64,000 nucleotides of DNA from assembly GCA_031414535.1 (NCBI GenBank), contig JANNVQ010000029.1, positions 64,001 to 128,000 on the forward strand, in the 5' to 3' direction. Positions 32,756-42,193 of this stretch are shown here, piece by piece. Position numbers and translations under genes: made by a program. The notes under the pieces were generated by a model that was not told the DNA's origin, did no database searches, and worked only from the letters and a program-made list of their open reading frames with translations. Positions within the stretch are counted from its first letter, which is position 1. Each line of letters starts with the position of its first letter. Source of the stretch: Gemmatimonas sp. Lineage in GTDB: Bacteria > Gemmatimonadota > Gemmatimonadetes > Gemmatimonadales > Gemmatimonadaceae.

Positions 32756-33598
32756 CTAAGACTTGCTGACCGCGAGGTCGCCCGCCGAGGCGATGCGCGT
32801 GTGGAGGTTGAACGTGGTCCCTCGCACGAGCACGTGCATCGTCAATCCCAGCATCGCCACGGGGTCGTCCGCGCCTGCCCGGTCCATGGAAGAGAACTTC
32901 AGCTTTGAAGAGTCCACGATCGTGAGCGTCCCGCTGCCCTCTACTTCAACCGTTTGGTCGGGCGAGATGAACGCGGCCGTGTCCTCATCAATCCCGAGAC
33001 CGATTAGGAAGGGATTGAAGGCCAAGGCCGTGATCAGCCGTCCCAGCCGCCCGCGTTGCGTGAAGTGCTGATCAATCACCACGCGATTGGTGAGTCCAAG
33101 TCCGGGAGCGAGCGTCACAGAGCCTGCGTGCGGCGTGCGATTGTCATCGCCGAACGCAATCATGTGCTCGCTGAGGAAGCTCGCACCCGCGCTGGTGCCG
33201 GCGACGTGCCCGCCGTTCGCGTTGTGCTCGCGCAGGGCCTTGGCCACGGCGGTGCCACCCAAGGTGGTCGCGAGACGCATCTGGTTGCCGCCGGTGATGA
33301 ACACCCCATCACAGGCCTTGATGGCGGCCACACGACTCGGCTCGTCACCATCGCGGCGCGTATCGAAGTCCATCACTTCAACTTCGGCAGCCCCGAGATC
33401 CTTGAAGATGCTGCGGTAGCGATCGCCCGTGTCGGCCAGCTTCGAGGCCGTGGGAATCACCACGAGCTTGGCATCACGTCCGCCACAGAGCTGAACAAAG
33501 CGATCGAGGATGAGCGGATTGTTCTCCTTCTCCTCGCCACCGCCAATGGGGATGATCCATCCACGCGTCGCGCCGTCCGGCGTTTGGGACGGGCTCAC
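32756..33598 (-). CDS. cphB: cyanophycinase
   Basis: IGGGE, TGGNQ, GTSAGA, IDQHF.QRGRLGRL, GIDEDT. Confidence 0.93.
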   Translation of the reverse strand: MSPSQTPDGATRGWIIPIGGGEEKENNPLILDRFVQLCGGRDAKLVVIPTASKLADTGDRYRSIFKDLGAAEVEVMDFDTRRDGDEPSRVAAIKACDGVFITGGNQMRLATTLGGTAVAKALREHNANGGHVAGTSAGASFLSEHMIAFGDDNRTPHAGSVTLAPGLGLTNRVVIDQHFTQRGRLGRLITALAFNPFLIGLGIDEDTAAFISPDQTVEVEGSGTLTIVDSSKLKFSSMDRAGADDPVAMLGLTMHVLVRGTTFNLHTRIASAGDLAVSKS

Positions 33599-34776
33599 GA
33601 GCGACTCAGGGAAGTGGCGGACTCAAACTGTCCGCCGACGATGTGCGCGCCGTTGCGCAGGTGCCAGCGACCCATGGCCATCACGTCTTGCACTCCTCCC
33701 TTGTCGTCGAGCACCACGAGGTCCGCGTCGGCACCGAGTACGATCTCACCCTTGCGGGCCAATCGCAGCAGCTGCGCTGTATTACTGGTGAATGCCGGCA
33801 ACGCACGTTCGAGCGGTACGCCCAGCTCTAGCAGGCGCCGCAGCGTAAATGCCAACGCCCCCGGTTGCCCAACATCCATCTGCGTCACGCGGCCGTCCGC
33901 ATCGAAGGTCGGCAGGCAGCCGCCACCATCCGAACTGATGGTCACACGCTCCGCCGGTGCGCCAGCATCAAGAAAGCGCATCAGCGCCGCTTCCGCGCTC
34001 CAGGCATCTTCGCCGTCAGCGACGGGAAACGCGGTGATGTCCACCCACGAGCCCTGTTTCGCGAGCGCGATGGCTTCTTCGAACAGCGCCTTGCGACGGT
34101 TCACATGCGTGGGATTGAACACCCGCGGCGGCAATTCCGAGCCGGCGAGCGCTTCTCGGATGGGCTCGAGTCCCCGCACTCCATCGCCCACGTGTAGATG
34201 CACGAGTCCCGCCTTGCCCGTCATCAAGCCGCCCACGTGCGCCTCGCTCGCGAGCCGCAGCAGTTCATCGCGCGTCGGCTGGCTCGAGCGATGGTCGGAG
34301 ATGGCGGTCTTCACGCCGATGATGCACTCGATGTGCGCGATGTCGCCGCGCACGCTGCCGGTGATGGTGACCGGAGGGATGTGATAGCCTGCCGTCCAAT
34401 TCCACGCCGACAGTCCCTGGGCACGAAGCCCGTAGACCGCCGTCACCAACTCGCGCGGATGCCGCGTGGCGTCGTCGGTGCCGAGCAATCCCACGACGCT
34501 GGTCACGCCGCCGCGTGTGAACTGCGAGAGCGCGAGCGGAGGAACCTTGGACTCTGCGCCCGACTCGCCGCCGCCGCCGGTGATGTGGACGTGCGGATCA
34601 ATCAGTCCCGGGATGACGCGCCGGCCGCCAAGGTCTGTGGTCGTGACGTTGAGACCCGAGGGGAGATCTGGGCGCGCGTTCCCCATCCAGACGATGCGAT
34701 CACCCGCCAGCAGGATGTGCTGGATGCCCCGTTTGGCGGGGGCGTAGATGTTGGCGTTGAGGAGCAAGGAAAGCAT
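33595..34776 (-). CDS. iadA: beta-aspartyl (isoaspartyl) dipeptidase
   Basis: DPHVHITGGGGE, GLLGTD, AISDHRSSQP, PTHVNR, SSDGGG. Confidence 0.93.
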   Translation of the reverse strand: MLSLLLNANIYAPAKRGIQHILLAGDRIVWMGNARPDLPSGLNVTTTDLGGRRVIPGLIDPHVHITGGGGESGAESKVPPLALSQFTRGGVTSVVGLLGTDDATRHPRELVTAVYGLRAQGLSAWNWTAGYHIPPVTITGSVRGDIAHIECIIGVKTAISDHRSSQPTRDELLRLASEAHVGGLMTGKAGLVHLHVGDGVRGLEPIREALAGSELPPRVFNPTHVNRRKALFEEAIALAKQGSWVDITAFPVADGEDAWSAEAALMRFLDAGAPAERVTISSDGGGCLPTFDADGRVTQMDVGQPGALAFTLRRLLELGVPLERALPAFTSNTAQLLRLARKGEIVLGADADLVVLDDKGGVQDVMAMGRWHLRNGAHIVGGQFESATSLSRS

Positions 34777-34794
34777 TGCAACAAAAGTAACTGG

Positions 34795-34877
34795 AAGAGC
34801 GAGGAGCGAAGAGCGACAACGGAAAAGCGAAGTAGTGAAGAGCGAGGGGAGAAGAACAGAAGGGAGGAAGGGGAAGA
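34795..34877. repeat. left arm of inverted repeat around four-helix-bundle gene (purine-rich GAAGAGC heptamers)
   Basis: Matches reverse complement of 35307-35388 at 73 of 83 columns by manual alignment. Confidence 0.92.
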
Positions 34878-34882
34878 GTGAA

Positions 34883-35245
34883 TTAATGGCCGGTGGCGCG
34901 GCGGATGCATGTCACGCAGATGGCGATCAGCTCGTTGCATTCCGCGGCTAAGGCGCGTACTTCGGCGGGGCGGAAGCCGGCGCTCTCGGCCATTTGGAGC
35001 CAGGCCAGGGACTCGCGCAGTTCCTTTACACAGATCTTGAGCTTGTTCACATAGTCCCGCGTGGAGATTGCCTCCTTCGCCTCCGCGTAATTCGCCGCTG
35101 GAGACGTCGCCGAGCGGGCAAGCTGCCGGAAAATGTTCTCTAACGCGAAGTCTCGCGGCGCCCGCCGAATCAGCGCACAAGTCCGCCCCCCAAACAAGAC
35201 CAGCCGCTCCGCTAAAGGAACCCCTCTACGCCCATTATTGCTCAT
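34883..35245 (-). CDS. four helix bundle protein (23S rRNA IVP / bAvd-like)
   Basis: RQLARSATSPAANYAEA, DYVNKLKICVKELRESLAWL, NELIAI; start 35245 or 35260. Confidence 0.88.
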   Translation of the reverse strand: MSNNGRRGVPLAERLVLFGGRTCALIRRAPRDFALENIFRQLARSATSPAANYAEAKEAISTRDYVNKLKICVKELRESLAWLQMAESAGFRPAEVRALAAECNELIAICVTCIRRATGH

Positions 35246-35306
35246 CCATGGAGTGTGCATCAACACGCGTAAATTCCATCGCCGAGCCATCCCCACTCGT
35301 TCCATT

Positions 35307-35388
35307 TCTTCCCCTTCATTCCTTCTTCCCTTCACCCCTCGCTCTTCAATACTTCGCTCTTCCATTTCGCTCTTCGCTCCTCGCTCTT
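35307..35388. repeat. right arm of inverted repeat (pyrimidine-rich GCTCTTC heptamers)
   Basis: Outer 22 bp perfectly complementary to 34795-34816. Confidence 0.92.
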
Positions 35389-35400
35389 TAGCTTTCGGCC

Positions 35401-36075
35401 ATGGTTAGCATCCTAGACATCATCGGCCCCGTCATGGTCGGTCCGTCCTCAAGCCACACGGCCGGCGCTTGCCGCCTCGGCCTGGTCGCACGCGACCTCG
35501 TGGCCGGCACGCCGGAGTCAGCGCTCATCGAGCTCCACGGCTCCTTCGCCCGCACCGGCGAAGGTCACGGCACCGACAAGGCCATCGTCGGCGGCCTCCT
35601 CGGCTTCCGCCCCGACGATGAACGCCTCCGCGATGCACTCGTCATCATGGAGAAGGAAGCGCTCCCTTGGCGCTTCGAGAAAACCACGCTTGGTGACGAG
35701 CCCGAGGTGCACCCCAACACCGTGCGCATCACCGTCACGCGTCAGCATCGTCATCACGTCATGCTCGGTGCCTCCCTCGGCGCCGGTCGCATCAAGGTCT
35801 CGCAGATTGACGGCTATCCGGTGGAAGTGGATGGCTCGCATCACACCATCGTGATGGTCGCCGAGGACGTGAAGGGCAGTGTGGCGCGCATCGCGACAAT
35901 GCTCAGCGAGGGTGGCGTGAACATCGCGACGCTGCGGCTCAGTAGAAAGCATCGCGGCGGTGACGCATTCATGGTGATTGAAGTGGACGAGCGGCCCGAA
36001 GACTCCGTGGGCGCTGCACTCAAGGAGCTGTCGTGGGTGAAGTGGGCGCACCGCATTGATAAGGTTGGTGGCTGA
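35401..36075 (+). CDS. sdaAB: L-serine dehydratase beta subunit with ACT domain
   Basis: GPVMVGPSSSHTAG, GSFARTGEGHGTD, HPNT. Confidence 0.93.
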   Translation: MVSILDIIGPVMVGPSSSHTAGACRLGLVARDLVAGTPESALIELHGSFARTGEGHGTDKAIVGGLLGFRPDDERLRDALVIMEKEALPWRFEKTTLGDEPEVHPNTVRITVTRQHRHHVMLGASLGAGRIKVSQIDGYPVEVDGSHHTIVMVAEDVKGSVARIATMLSEGGVNIATLRLSRKHRGGDAFMVIEVDERPEDSVGAALKELSWVKWAHRIDKVGG

Positions 36076-36953
36076 TGTTCACCTCACTTGCCGACGCCAT
36101 TGCGCAGGCCACTGCGGAGAAGAAGTCGCTCGCGCTCTGCGCACTTGAACTTGAATCGCGCGATCAAGGCCGCAGCGTCGAGGACATTCGAGAGGCACTC
36201 GGCCGCGCACTCGCGGTGATGCGGCACGCCATCGAGCAGGGCCTCACGGGCGACATGCGCTCCGCGTCAGGACTTGTGGGCGGCGATGCGGCCAAGCTCA
36301 AGCACGGCCCCGCGGGTCCGCTCTCGGGCACCGTGTTCCGCGAGGTGTTGATGCGTGCGCTCGCGGTGCAGGAAGTAAACGCGGCCATGGGGGTCATCGT
36401 CGCCGCGCCAACCGCCGGTGGCGCCGGCGTCTTACCCGGCGTTCTGCTTGGCCTCGCGGAGAAGCACAAGCTGACTGATGCTCAGTTGGTGGATGCGCTC
36501 GCGACGGCGGGCCTCATTGGAGCGGTGGTGGCGCACCGCGCCTCACTCAGCGGCGCCGAGGGCGGTTGTCAGGCCGAGACTGGTGCCGCAGCCGGAATGG
36601 CCGCTGGTGCTGCGACGGAAATGTTGGGCGGTACGCCAAAGCAGGTAGGCTTCGCGGTGGCACTGGCTCAGCAGGGCACGCTCGGCCTCGTCTGCGATCC
36701 GCTTGGCGGCTTGGTTGAACTGCCCTGCGTGTTCCGCAACGCGACGGGTGCCGCGATCGCTCTCGCCGCGATTGAGATGGCACTCGCGGGTATCGAATTC
36801 GCCATTCCCGCCGACGAGGTGATTGATACCATGGGCGAGATTGGCCGAGAGATGGACGTGCGCTACCGCGAGACGGCTGGTGGTGGGCTCGCCGCCACGC
36901 CGACGGGGCGCCGCTTGGCGAAGGAACGGCTCACCCAGATCAAGCGCGGCTAG
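36075..36953 (+). CDS. sdaAA: L-serine dehydratase alpha subunit (Fe-S)
   Basis: AAPTAG, GAEGGCQAE, GLVCDP, PCVFRN, RETAGGGLA. Confidence 0.93.
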   Translation: MFTSLADAIAQATAEKKSLALCALELESRDQGRSVEDIREALGRALAVMRHAIEQGLTGDMRSASGLVGGDAAKLKHGPAGPLSGTVFREVLMRALAVQEVNAAMGVIVAAPTAGGAGVLPGVLLGLAEKHKLTDAQLVDALATAGLIGAVVAHRASLSGAEGGCQAETGAAAGMAAGAATEMLGGTPKQVGFAVALAQQGTLGLVCDPLGGLVELPCVFRNATGAAIALAAIEMALAGIEFAIPADEVIDTMGEIGREMDVRYRETAGGGLAATPTGRRLAKERLTQIKRG

Positions 36954-37082
36954 GGCGGCCTAGGCCGCCCGATGTAGCTATGGCGGCGGCCGGAGCATTA
37001 GGTAAACGTTGGCACGTTTCCGGTGTCTAATGCCGGACCCATCTGCCAAAGACTGCCTAGACACCCCCTCAGCGGAGTTGGA

Positions 37083-38405
37083 ATGCTCTTGGTTCGTCGC
37101 GCACCCGTACTGCTCGCTGGCCTCGGAATGCTCGCGCTCCTGTCCTCGAGCGCGGCAGCGCAGGGGAGCATTCGCGGCACCCTTATCGACTCATTGCGAG
37201 CCGGCGGCCCAGTCGCCGAAGCGGAAGTCGTGCTCATCGGCGCAAGCAAGAAGGCGGTCACGGGCCGCGGCGGCCGGTTTGAGTTCAGCGATCTCGCCGA
37301 AGGCGATTACACGGTCGCCTACTGGGCGCCCTGGCTCGACTCGCTCGGCCTCCCAGCCATTCAGCGCCAAGTGTCGGTGCGTGGCAGCCGCTCCCAGTCC
37401 GTGGTGCTCTCCACGCCCTCCAACGCCACTATTCAGCGAGCGGTCTGCGGGGACGTGCTTGGTGAGGGGCAGGGCCTCCTCATTGGTGAGCTTCGCGACG
37501 GCGACGGTGCCCCTGCGGAAGGCACTGGCATCTTCGCTCGATGGACGGAGACGGTCGTAGCCGGTCGGGAAGTGGCACAAGGCACGATGGCCGCTGCAGA
37601 CACCGCCGGTGCCGCGGGCTCCTACGTGCTCTGCGGCGTTCCGGTGGAAAGCGAGTTCACGCTGCGGGCCCTTGGCAACGACGGAGTCTCAAGCGGCGAG
37701 TTGCTGGTGCGCACCAAGTCCGCCATCGAGCGCCGAGACGTCATCGTCGGCGCTCGCGGTGTGACCTCGCAGGTGCTCGGGCGCGTGGTCAATCCCGCCG
37801 GTGCACCGATTGCGGGCGCGGCCGTGCTCATTGTCGGAGATTCGACGCAGTCCGTGCGCAGCGATTCCCTCGGGCGCTTCGTGTTGCCGGCCATGCCTCG
37901 ACGCTCCAGCCAGTTGATCGTGCGTGCCCTTGGGTTCACGCCGCTCCTGCGCCCCCTCGATCCCCTTGACGTTCGGGTGGACCTCGAGGACATCCAACTC
38001 GCCGATGCCCCCCGCGAACTCGCCACCGTTACGGTTACGGGCCAGCCCATGACCGCTGCGCAAGCGCAGTTCGAAACGCGGCGGGAGCGCGGCCTGGGTG
38101 TGTTTGTGGACGAGCAGGCGCTCCAACAACTGGGTGTGGTCAGCGCGCAAACGATTGCCACCACCAACCCGCGAGTCTCCGTGCAGCAAACCCCGCGCGG
38201 CCCCACGCTCCGGATGCGACGCGGATCCGATTTCTGCCGTCCACAATTCTTCATTGACGGCAACAACTTCCGGAACATCGAGATTGACGAGGAGAACACG
38301 TTCCTCCGCGTCGCCAAGCGCGTGGAGATGTACACCGCCAACAACGCCCCGCCGCAGTTCAATGACTTTGCTGGCTGCGGCTCAATCGTCATCTGGACCT
38401 ACTGA
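37083..38405 (+). CDS. exported carboxypeptidase-regulatory-like domain protein
   Basis: Signal peptide; repeated GRV...GAPIAGAAV...SDSLGRF units; C-terminal GCGSIVIWT. Confidence 0.65.
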   Translation: MLLVRRAPVLLAGLGMLALLSSSAAAQGSIRGTLIDSLRAGGPVAEAEVVLIGASKKAVTGRGGRFEFSDLAEGDYTVAYWAPWLDSLGLPAIQRQVSVRGSRSQSVVLSTPSNATIQRAVCGDVLGEGQGLLIGELRDGDGAPAEGTGIFARWTETVVAGREVAQGTMAAADTAGAAGSYVLCGVPVESEFTLRALGNDGVSSGELLVRTKSAIERRDVIVGARGVTSQVLGRVVNPAGAPIAGAAVLIVGDSTQSVRSDSLGRFVLPAMPRRSSQLIVRALGFTPLLRPLDPLDVRVDLEDIQLADAPRELATVTVTGQPMTAAQAQFETRRERGLGVFVDEQALQQLGVVSAQTIATTNPRVSVQQTPRGPTLRMRRGSDFCRPQFFIDGNNFRNIEIDEENTFLRVAKRVEMYTANNAPPQFNDFAGCGSIVIWTY

Positions 38406-38516
38406 CCCCGTAGTTCCTTCCGACTTCCCTCTTCCGTCATCCGTCCCCAAGGTGAAACTTTAGCCCACACCCGTCGCGTATCGGTGTGTGAATGCTCACC
38501 CTTGGGGACCCCATCG

Positions 38517-38918
38517 ATGGTCACGCCTGAACAGATTGACGGCTTCCTTGGCCGACTCGCCAGCGAAGGCGCTAGCTACGAAGAAATCGAGCCTGGCCTG
38601 TGGAAGCTCCATCCGGGCGGTGCCCTCGACCTCACCGTCGTCGTGCACCATTCGCCGCCGGTGGTGGTGCTCCGCGTAAAGGTGATGGAATTGCCCGGCA
38701 ACGGCACCGCCGATCGCCTCTGCCGCCGCTTGCTCGAACTCAATGCCACCGACCTGCTCCACGGCTCCTACGGAATTCAGGGGACGGAAATCGTCCTCAC
38801 CGAGGCGCTTGAGCTCTCCCACTTAGATTACGAGGAGTTCCAGGCCTCGTATGAGAGCATCACGCTGTCGCTCGCGGGCCACCTTCGCGAACTCGCCACT
38901 TTCCGTGAGGCCCGATAA
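38517..38918 (+). CDS. YbjN/CesT-like chaperone-fold protein
   Basis: RRLLELNA...HGSYGI...IVL pattern; 2 nt upstream of pspA. Confidence 0.65.
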   Translation: MVTPEQIDGFLGRLASEGASYEEIEPGLWKLHPGGALDLTVVVHHSPPVVVLRVKVMELPGNGTADRLCRRLLELNATDLLHGSYGIQGTEIVLTEALELSHLDYEEFQASYESITLSLAGHLRELATFREAR

Positions 38919-38920
38919 CC

Positions 38921-39679
38921 ATGGGCATCTTTGACCGTCTTGCCTCGCTGTTGAAGTCCAACATCAACGACCTGATCTCGAAAGCCGAGGATCCGGAGAA
39001 GATGTTAGATCAGATTGTCGTGGACATGCAGAACCAGCTCGCCCGTGCCAAGCAGCAGGTGGCCGCGGCGATTGCCGACGAGAAGCGCCTCAAGGACCAG
39101 TTCGAGTCCGAGTACAAGCAGTCCCAGGATTGGGAAAACAAGGCGATGCTCGCGGTGAAGGAAGGCCGCGACGATCTCGCCAAGCAGGCCCTGCTGCGTC
39201 AGTCGGAGCACTACGAGCACGCGTCCACGCTCGAGGCCACATGGCAGTCGCACGTCATGGAGACCGAGAAGCTCAAGAACTCGCTCCGCGACCTGAACGA
39301 CAAGATTCAGGAAGCCAAGCGTAAGAAGAATCTCCTCCTCGCCCGCCAGCGCCGTGCGCAGGCCCAGGCGAAGATCTCGGAGACGATGTCGTCCATGAGC
39401 GAGAAGAGCGCCTTTGAGGCCTTCGCGCGCATGGAAGAGAAGATCGGCCAGAACGAGCGCATGATCAAAGCCAGCACGGAGATCGACGAGGAATTCTCGG
39501 GCGATCGCCTCGCCGGCGACTTCAAGCGTCTTGAGAAGCAGGTTGGCTCGGCGAACGCCGATCAGCAGCTCACGGCACTCAAGCAGAAGATGGGGTTGCT
39601 CGGGCCGGGAGCGTCGTCGGCTGCGCCGAAGCGGATTGGCAAGGGCGAGATTGTGGACGCGGAGATAGACGACAAGTAG
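38921..39679 (+). CDS. pspA: PspA/IM30 family protein
   Basis: MGIFDRL...NIND...AEDPEKML, GRDDLAKQAL, FARMEEKI. Confidence 0.9.
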   Translation: MGIFDRLASLLKSNINDLISKAEDPEKMLDQIVVDMQNQLARAKQQVAAAIADEKRLKDQFESEYKQSQDWENKAMLAVKEGRDDLAKQALLRQSEHYEHASTLEATWQSHVMETEKLKNSLRDLNDKIQEAKRKKNLLLARQRRAQAQAKISETMSSMSEKSAFEAFARMEEKIGQNERMIKASTEIDEEFSGDRLAGDFKRLEKQVGSANADQQLTALKQKMGLLGPGASSAAPKRIGKGEIVDAEIDDK

Positions 39680-39762
39680 AAATCTCAGCGCGAGTTGCGA
39701 TTCGATGCCCGGTGCGCGGCGATGATGCCGCTCCCCGGGCTTCGTATTTGTACCGTGTCCCC

Positions 39763-40698
39763 ATGCGTCCCCCACCAACTCTCGAGCTTCGCCAAGTCAC
39801 GCGCCGTTGGCGCACGGGCCTGCTCGGCACCAGCACCGACATCCTCGCGCTCTCGCACGTTTCACTCACGCTACGCGTCGGTGAGCTGATGGCCATCACC
39901 GGCCCCGCGGCCGCAGGCAAATCCACGCTGCTGCTGATTGCCGCTGGCCTCGCGCGTCCCACCGCGGGCGAAGCGCGATGGAACGGCAGCACGGATCACG
40001 CGCCACTCAGGCCGCAGCACCTCAAGTCGCGGCCCTGGGAATACCACTTCCTCACCGTGCGCCAAGCCTTGGCGTTTCACGCGGATGTGCTCTCGCTCGG
40101 CGAGCAGGCACTCCCCGCACCCACTCGCTATCTGCCCTTGATGCATCGCGTGGGGCTGCGCGGAATGTCGCGCGTGCGTCTGGGAGCACTCTCGCCGCTT
40201 GATCAATTGCGCGTGGTCGTCGCACAGGGCCTGCTTGCGCACCCGGAACTCATCTGCCTCGACGAACCCTTTGCCTATTGCTCGCGCGAGCAACGCCGCG
40301 AGGGCGTTGCGCTCTTACAGGGCATTGCCGCGAGCGGGATCGCCGTGATGGTGGCCGGCCGCGACGGGGATGCCTGCGGCGGGCAAGGCACAGCGGACAA
40401 AGTGATTCGTCTCGTGGATGGTCGCGTGGATGGGATCGCGAGGCCGCGGCGCAACGTGTTGGAGTTGGCCGTGCTGAGTCCCGATGACGCCATGGAACGC
40501 CTGCTACCCAAGCTCCCGAGTCTGGCGCGGCGCGGGAGGCGGTTGCGCGTGCCGTTACCGCAGGGAACATCCGCGGAGTTCGTGCTGGCCCTGTGCCGCG
40601 ATGCGGGCGTGGCGGTACGGGCCTCACGCGTCGCCGAGGAAATCGTGCCGCGGGGAAGGCTAACCGAGCCGTTGCCGCTCCCTCACGCGTCCCGGTAG
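39763..40698 (+). CDS. degenerate ABC ATPase-like protein
   Basis: GPAAAGKST and ICLDEP present; signature reads LSPLDQ; H-loop His absent. Confidence 0.65.
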   Translation: MRPPPTLELRQVTRRWRTGLLGTSTDILALSHVSLTLRVGELMAITGPAAAGKSTLLLIAAGLARPTAGEARWNGSTDHAPLRPQHLKSRPWEYHFLTVRQALAFHADVLSLGEQALPAPTRYLPLMHRVGLRGMSRVRLGALSPLDQLRVVVAQGLLAHPELICLDEPFAYCSREQRREGVALLQGIAASGIAVMVAGRDGDACGGQGTADKVIRLVDGRVDGIARPRRNVLELAVLSPDDAMERLLPKLPSLARRGRRLRVPLPQGTSAEFVLALCRDAGVAVRASRVAEEIVPRGRLTEPLPLPHASR

Positions 40699-40707
40699 CT
40701 TTCCCCT

Positions 40708-42120
40708 ATGCCGGATTTCAATCTCTACAACACCATGTCGCGCGCGGTCGAGCCCTTTGTCCCAGAGGATGGGCATACGGTGAAGCTCTACACCTGCGGC
40801 CCGACCGTCTACAACCCGGCGCACCTCGGCAACTTCCGCACCTTCCTTTTCGAGGATTTGTTGCGGCGCGTCATTCGCTTGCGCGGATGGACGGTGGAGC
40901 AGGTGATGAACCTGACGGACGTGGACGACAAGATCATCGTCCGCGCCACGCAGCAGGGCAAGACCATCGGCGAGGTGACAGATCCGATTGTCGAGATCTT
41001 TCACGCGGACCGGAAGTATCTGCGCATTGAGGATGCGGAGCACTATCCGCGCGCCACGGCCTACATCCCGCAGATGATTGCGCTCGTTGAGCGACTGATT
41101 TCCAATGGGGTTGCTTACGTCGCGGAAGACAAGAGTGTGTACTTCGCGATTGATAAGTTCGCGGGCTACGGACGTCTTTCGCGACTAGATACACGTGAAA
41201 TCCAAAGCGGTGCGCGCGTTGCGCAAGACGACTACTCCAAGGAGAACGCGCAGGACTTCGCGTTGTGGAAGTCGGCAAAGGCCGAGGATGAGGCGTGCAA
41301 TGCCGCGTGGGATTCGCCCTGGGGCCGCGGGCGTCCCGGCTGGCATCTCGAGTGCTCGGCGATGGCCATGACCATCCTCGGCGAGACTTTGGACTTGCAC
41401 TGCGGCGGTATTGACCTCGTATTCCCGCATCACGAAGACGAGATCGCGCAGAGTGAGGCGGCCACGGGCAAGGAGTTTGCGCGTTGCTGGGCCCACGGTG
41501 AGTTCCTGCTCACGGACGGCGCCAAGATGGCCAAGCGCGTGGGCAACGTGCAGAACGTGGAAGGCTTACGCGAAGCGGGTATTACAGGAGCCGCGGTGCG
41601 GCACTTCGTGTTTAGCACGCATTATCGCAAGCAATTGAACCTGAGCGGCGACGCGCTCGAGGGTTCAATGGAAGCGGTGCGTCGCATTGGCGACTTCGCG
41701 GAGCGTCTGCGGGCAGCAAAGGGTGGCACGCGGGGCCTTGAGGATGCGGCGGATCGTCTGGAAACGGCGGCGCGCGCGGCCCTGTTCGATGACTTAAACG
41801 CGCCCGAGGCAATGGCCGCCCTGTTTGAGTTCGTGCGCGCGGCCAACAAGGAGCTCGATGCCGGCGGCTCGGACGCGGCGGCGCTGCGTCGGGCGCGCGA
41901 GGTCTTTCAGATGGTAGATCGCGTGTTGGACCTCGTACCCGCCGCCGTTGAGACGGACGCTGAGTTGGCGAGCTGGGTGGACGCGCAGATCCAGGCGCGC
42001 AAGGAAGCGAGGGCGCGTCGTGACTTCGCGGCGGCTGATGCGATTCGGGCGGCGTTGGATGAGAAGGGAATTGTGATTGAGGACGGGCCGGCGGGAACGC
42101 GATGGAAGAAGGCGCGGTAA
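40708..42120 (+). CDS. cysS: cysteine--tRNA ligase
   Basis: CGPTVY, HLGN, DFALWK, GRPGWHLECSAM, FPHHE. Confidence 0.97.
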   Translation: MPDFNLYNTMSRAVEPFVPEDGHTVKLYTCGPTVYNPAHLGNFRTFLFEDLLRRVIRLRGWTVEQVMNLTDVDDKIIVRATQQGKTIGEVTDPIVEIFHADRKYLRIEDAEHYPRATAYIPQMIALVERLISNGVAYVAEDKSVYFAIDKFAGYGRLSRLDTREIQSGARVAQDDYSKENAQDFALWKSAKAEDEACNAAWDSPWGRGRPGWHLECSAMAMTILGETLDLHCGGIDLVFPHHEDEIAQSEAATGKEFARCWAHGEFLLTDGAKMAKRVGNVQNVEGLREAGITGAAVRHFVFSTHYRKQLNLSGDALEGSMEAVRRIGDFAERLRAAKGGTRGLEDAADRLETAARAALFDDLNAPEAMAALFEFVRAANKELDAGGSDAAALRRAREVFQMVDRVLDLVPAAVETDAELASWVDAQIQARKEARARRDFAAADAIRAALDEKGIVIEDGPAGTRWKKAR

Positions 42121-42193
42121 CTGCGAGGACTTTTGCCCGCGGACTTCCTTCCTCGCTCTGGGCCCCTTATTTTTAGCGTTCTGCGTTCGGTTC

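Noticed and set aside
34883..35245. Diversity-generating retroelement suggested by the Avd-like gene
   Set aside because: No reverse transcriptase and no TR/VR pair seen in the window.
35261..35365. N-terminal extension of the 160-aa ORF (MEERSIEERG...)
   Set aside because: It largely translates the repeat arm; family similarity begins near 35245-35260.
36953..36970. Perfect palindrome gggcggcctaggccgccc after sdaAA
   Set aside because: Single short GC-rich hairpin, most simply a terminator-like stem.
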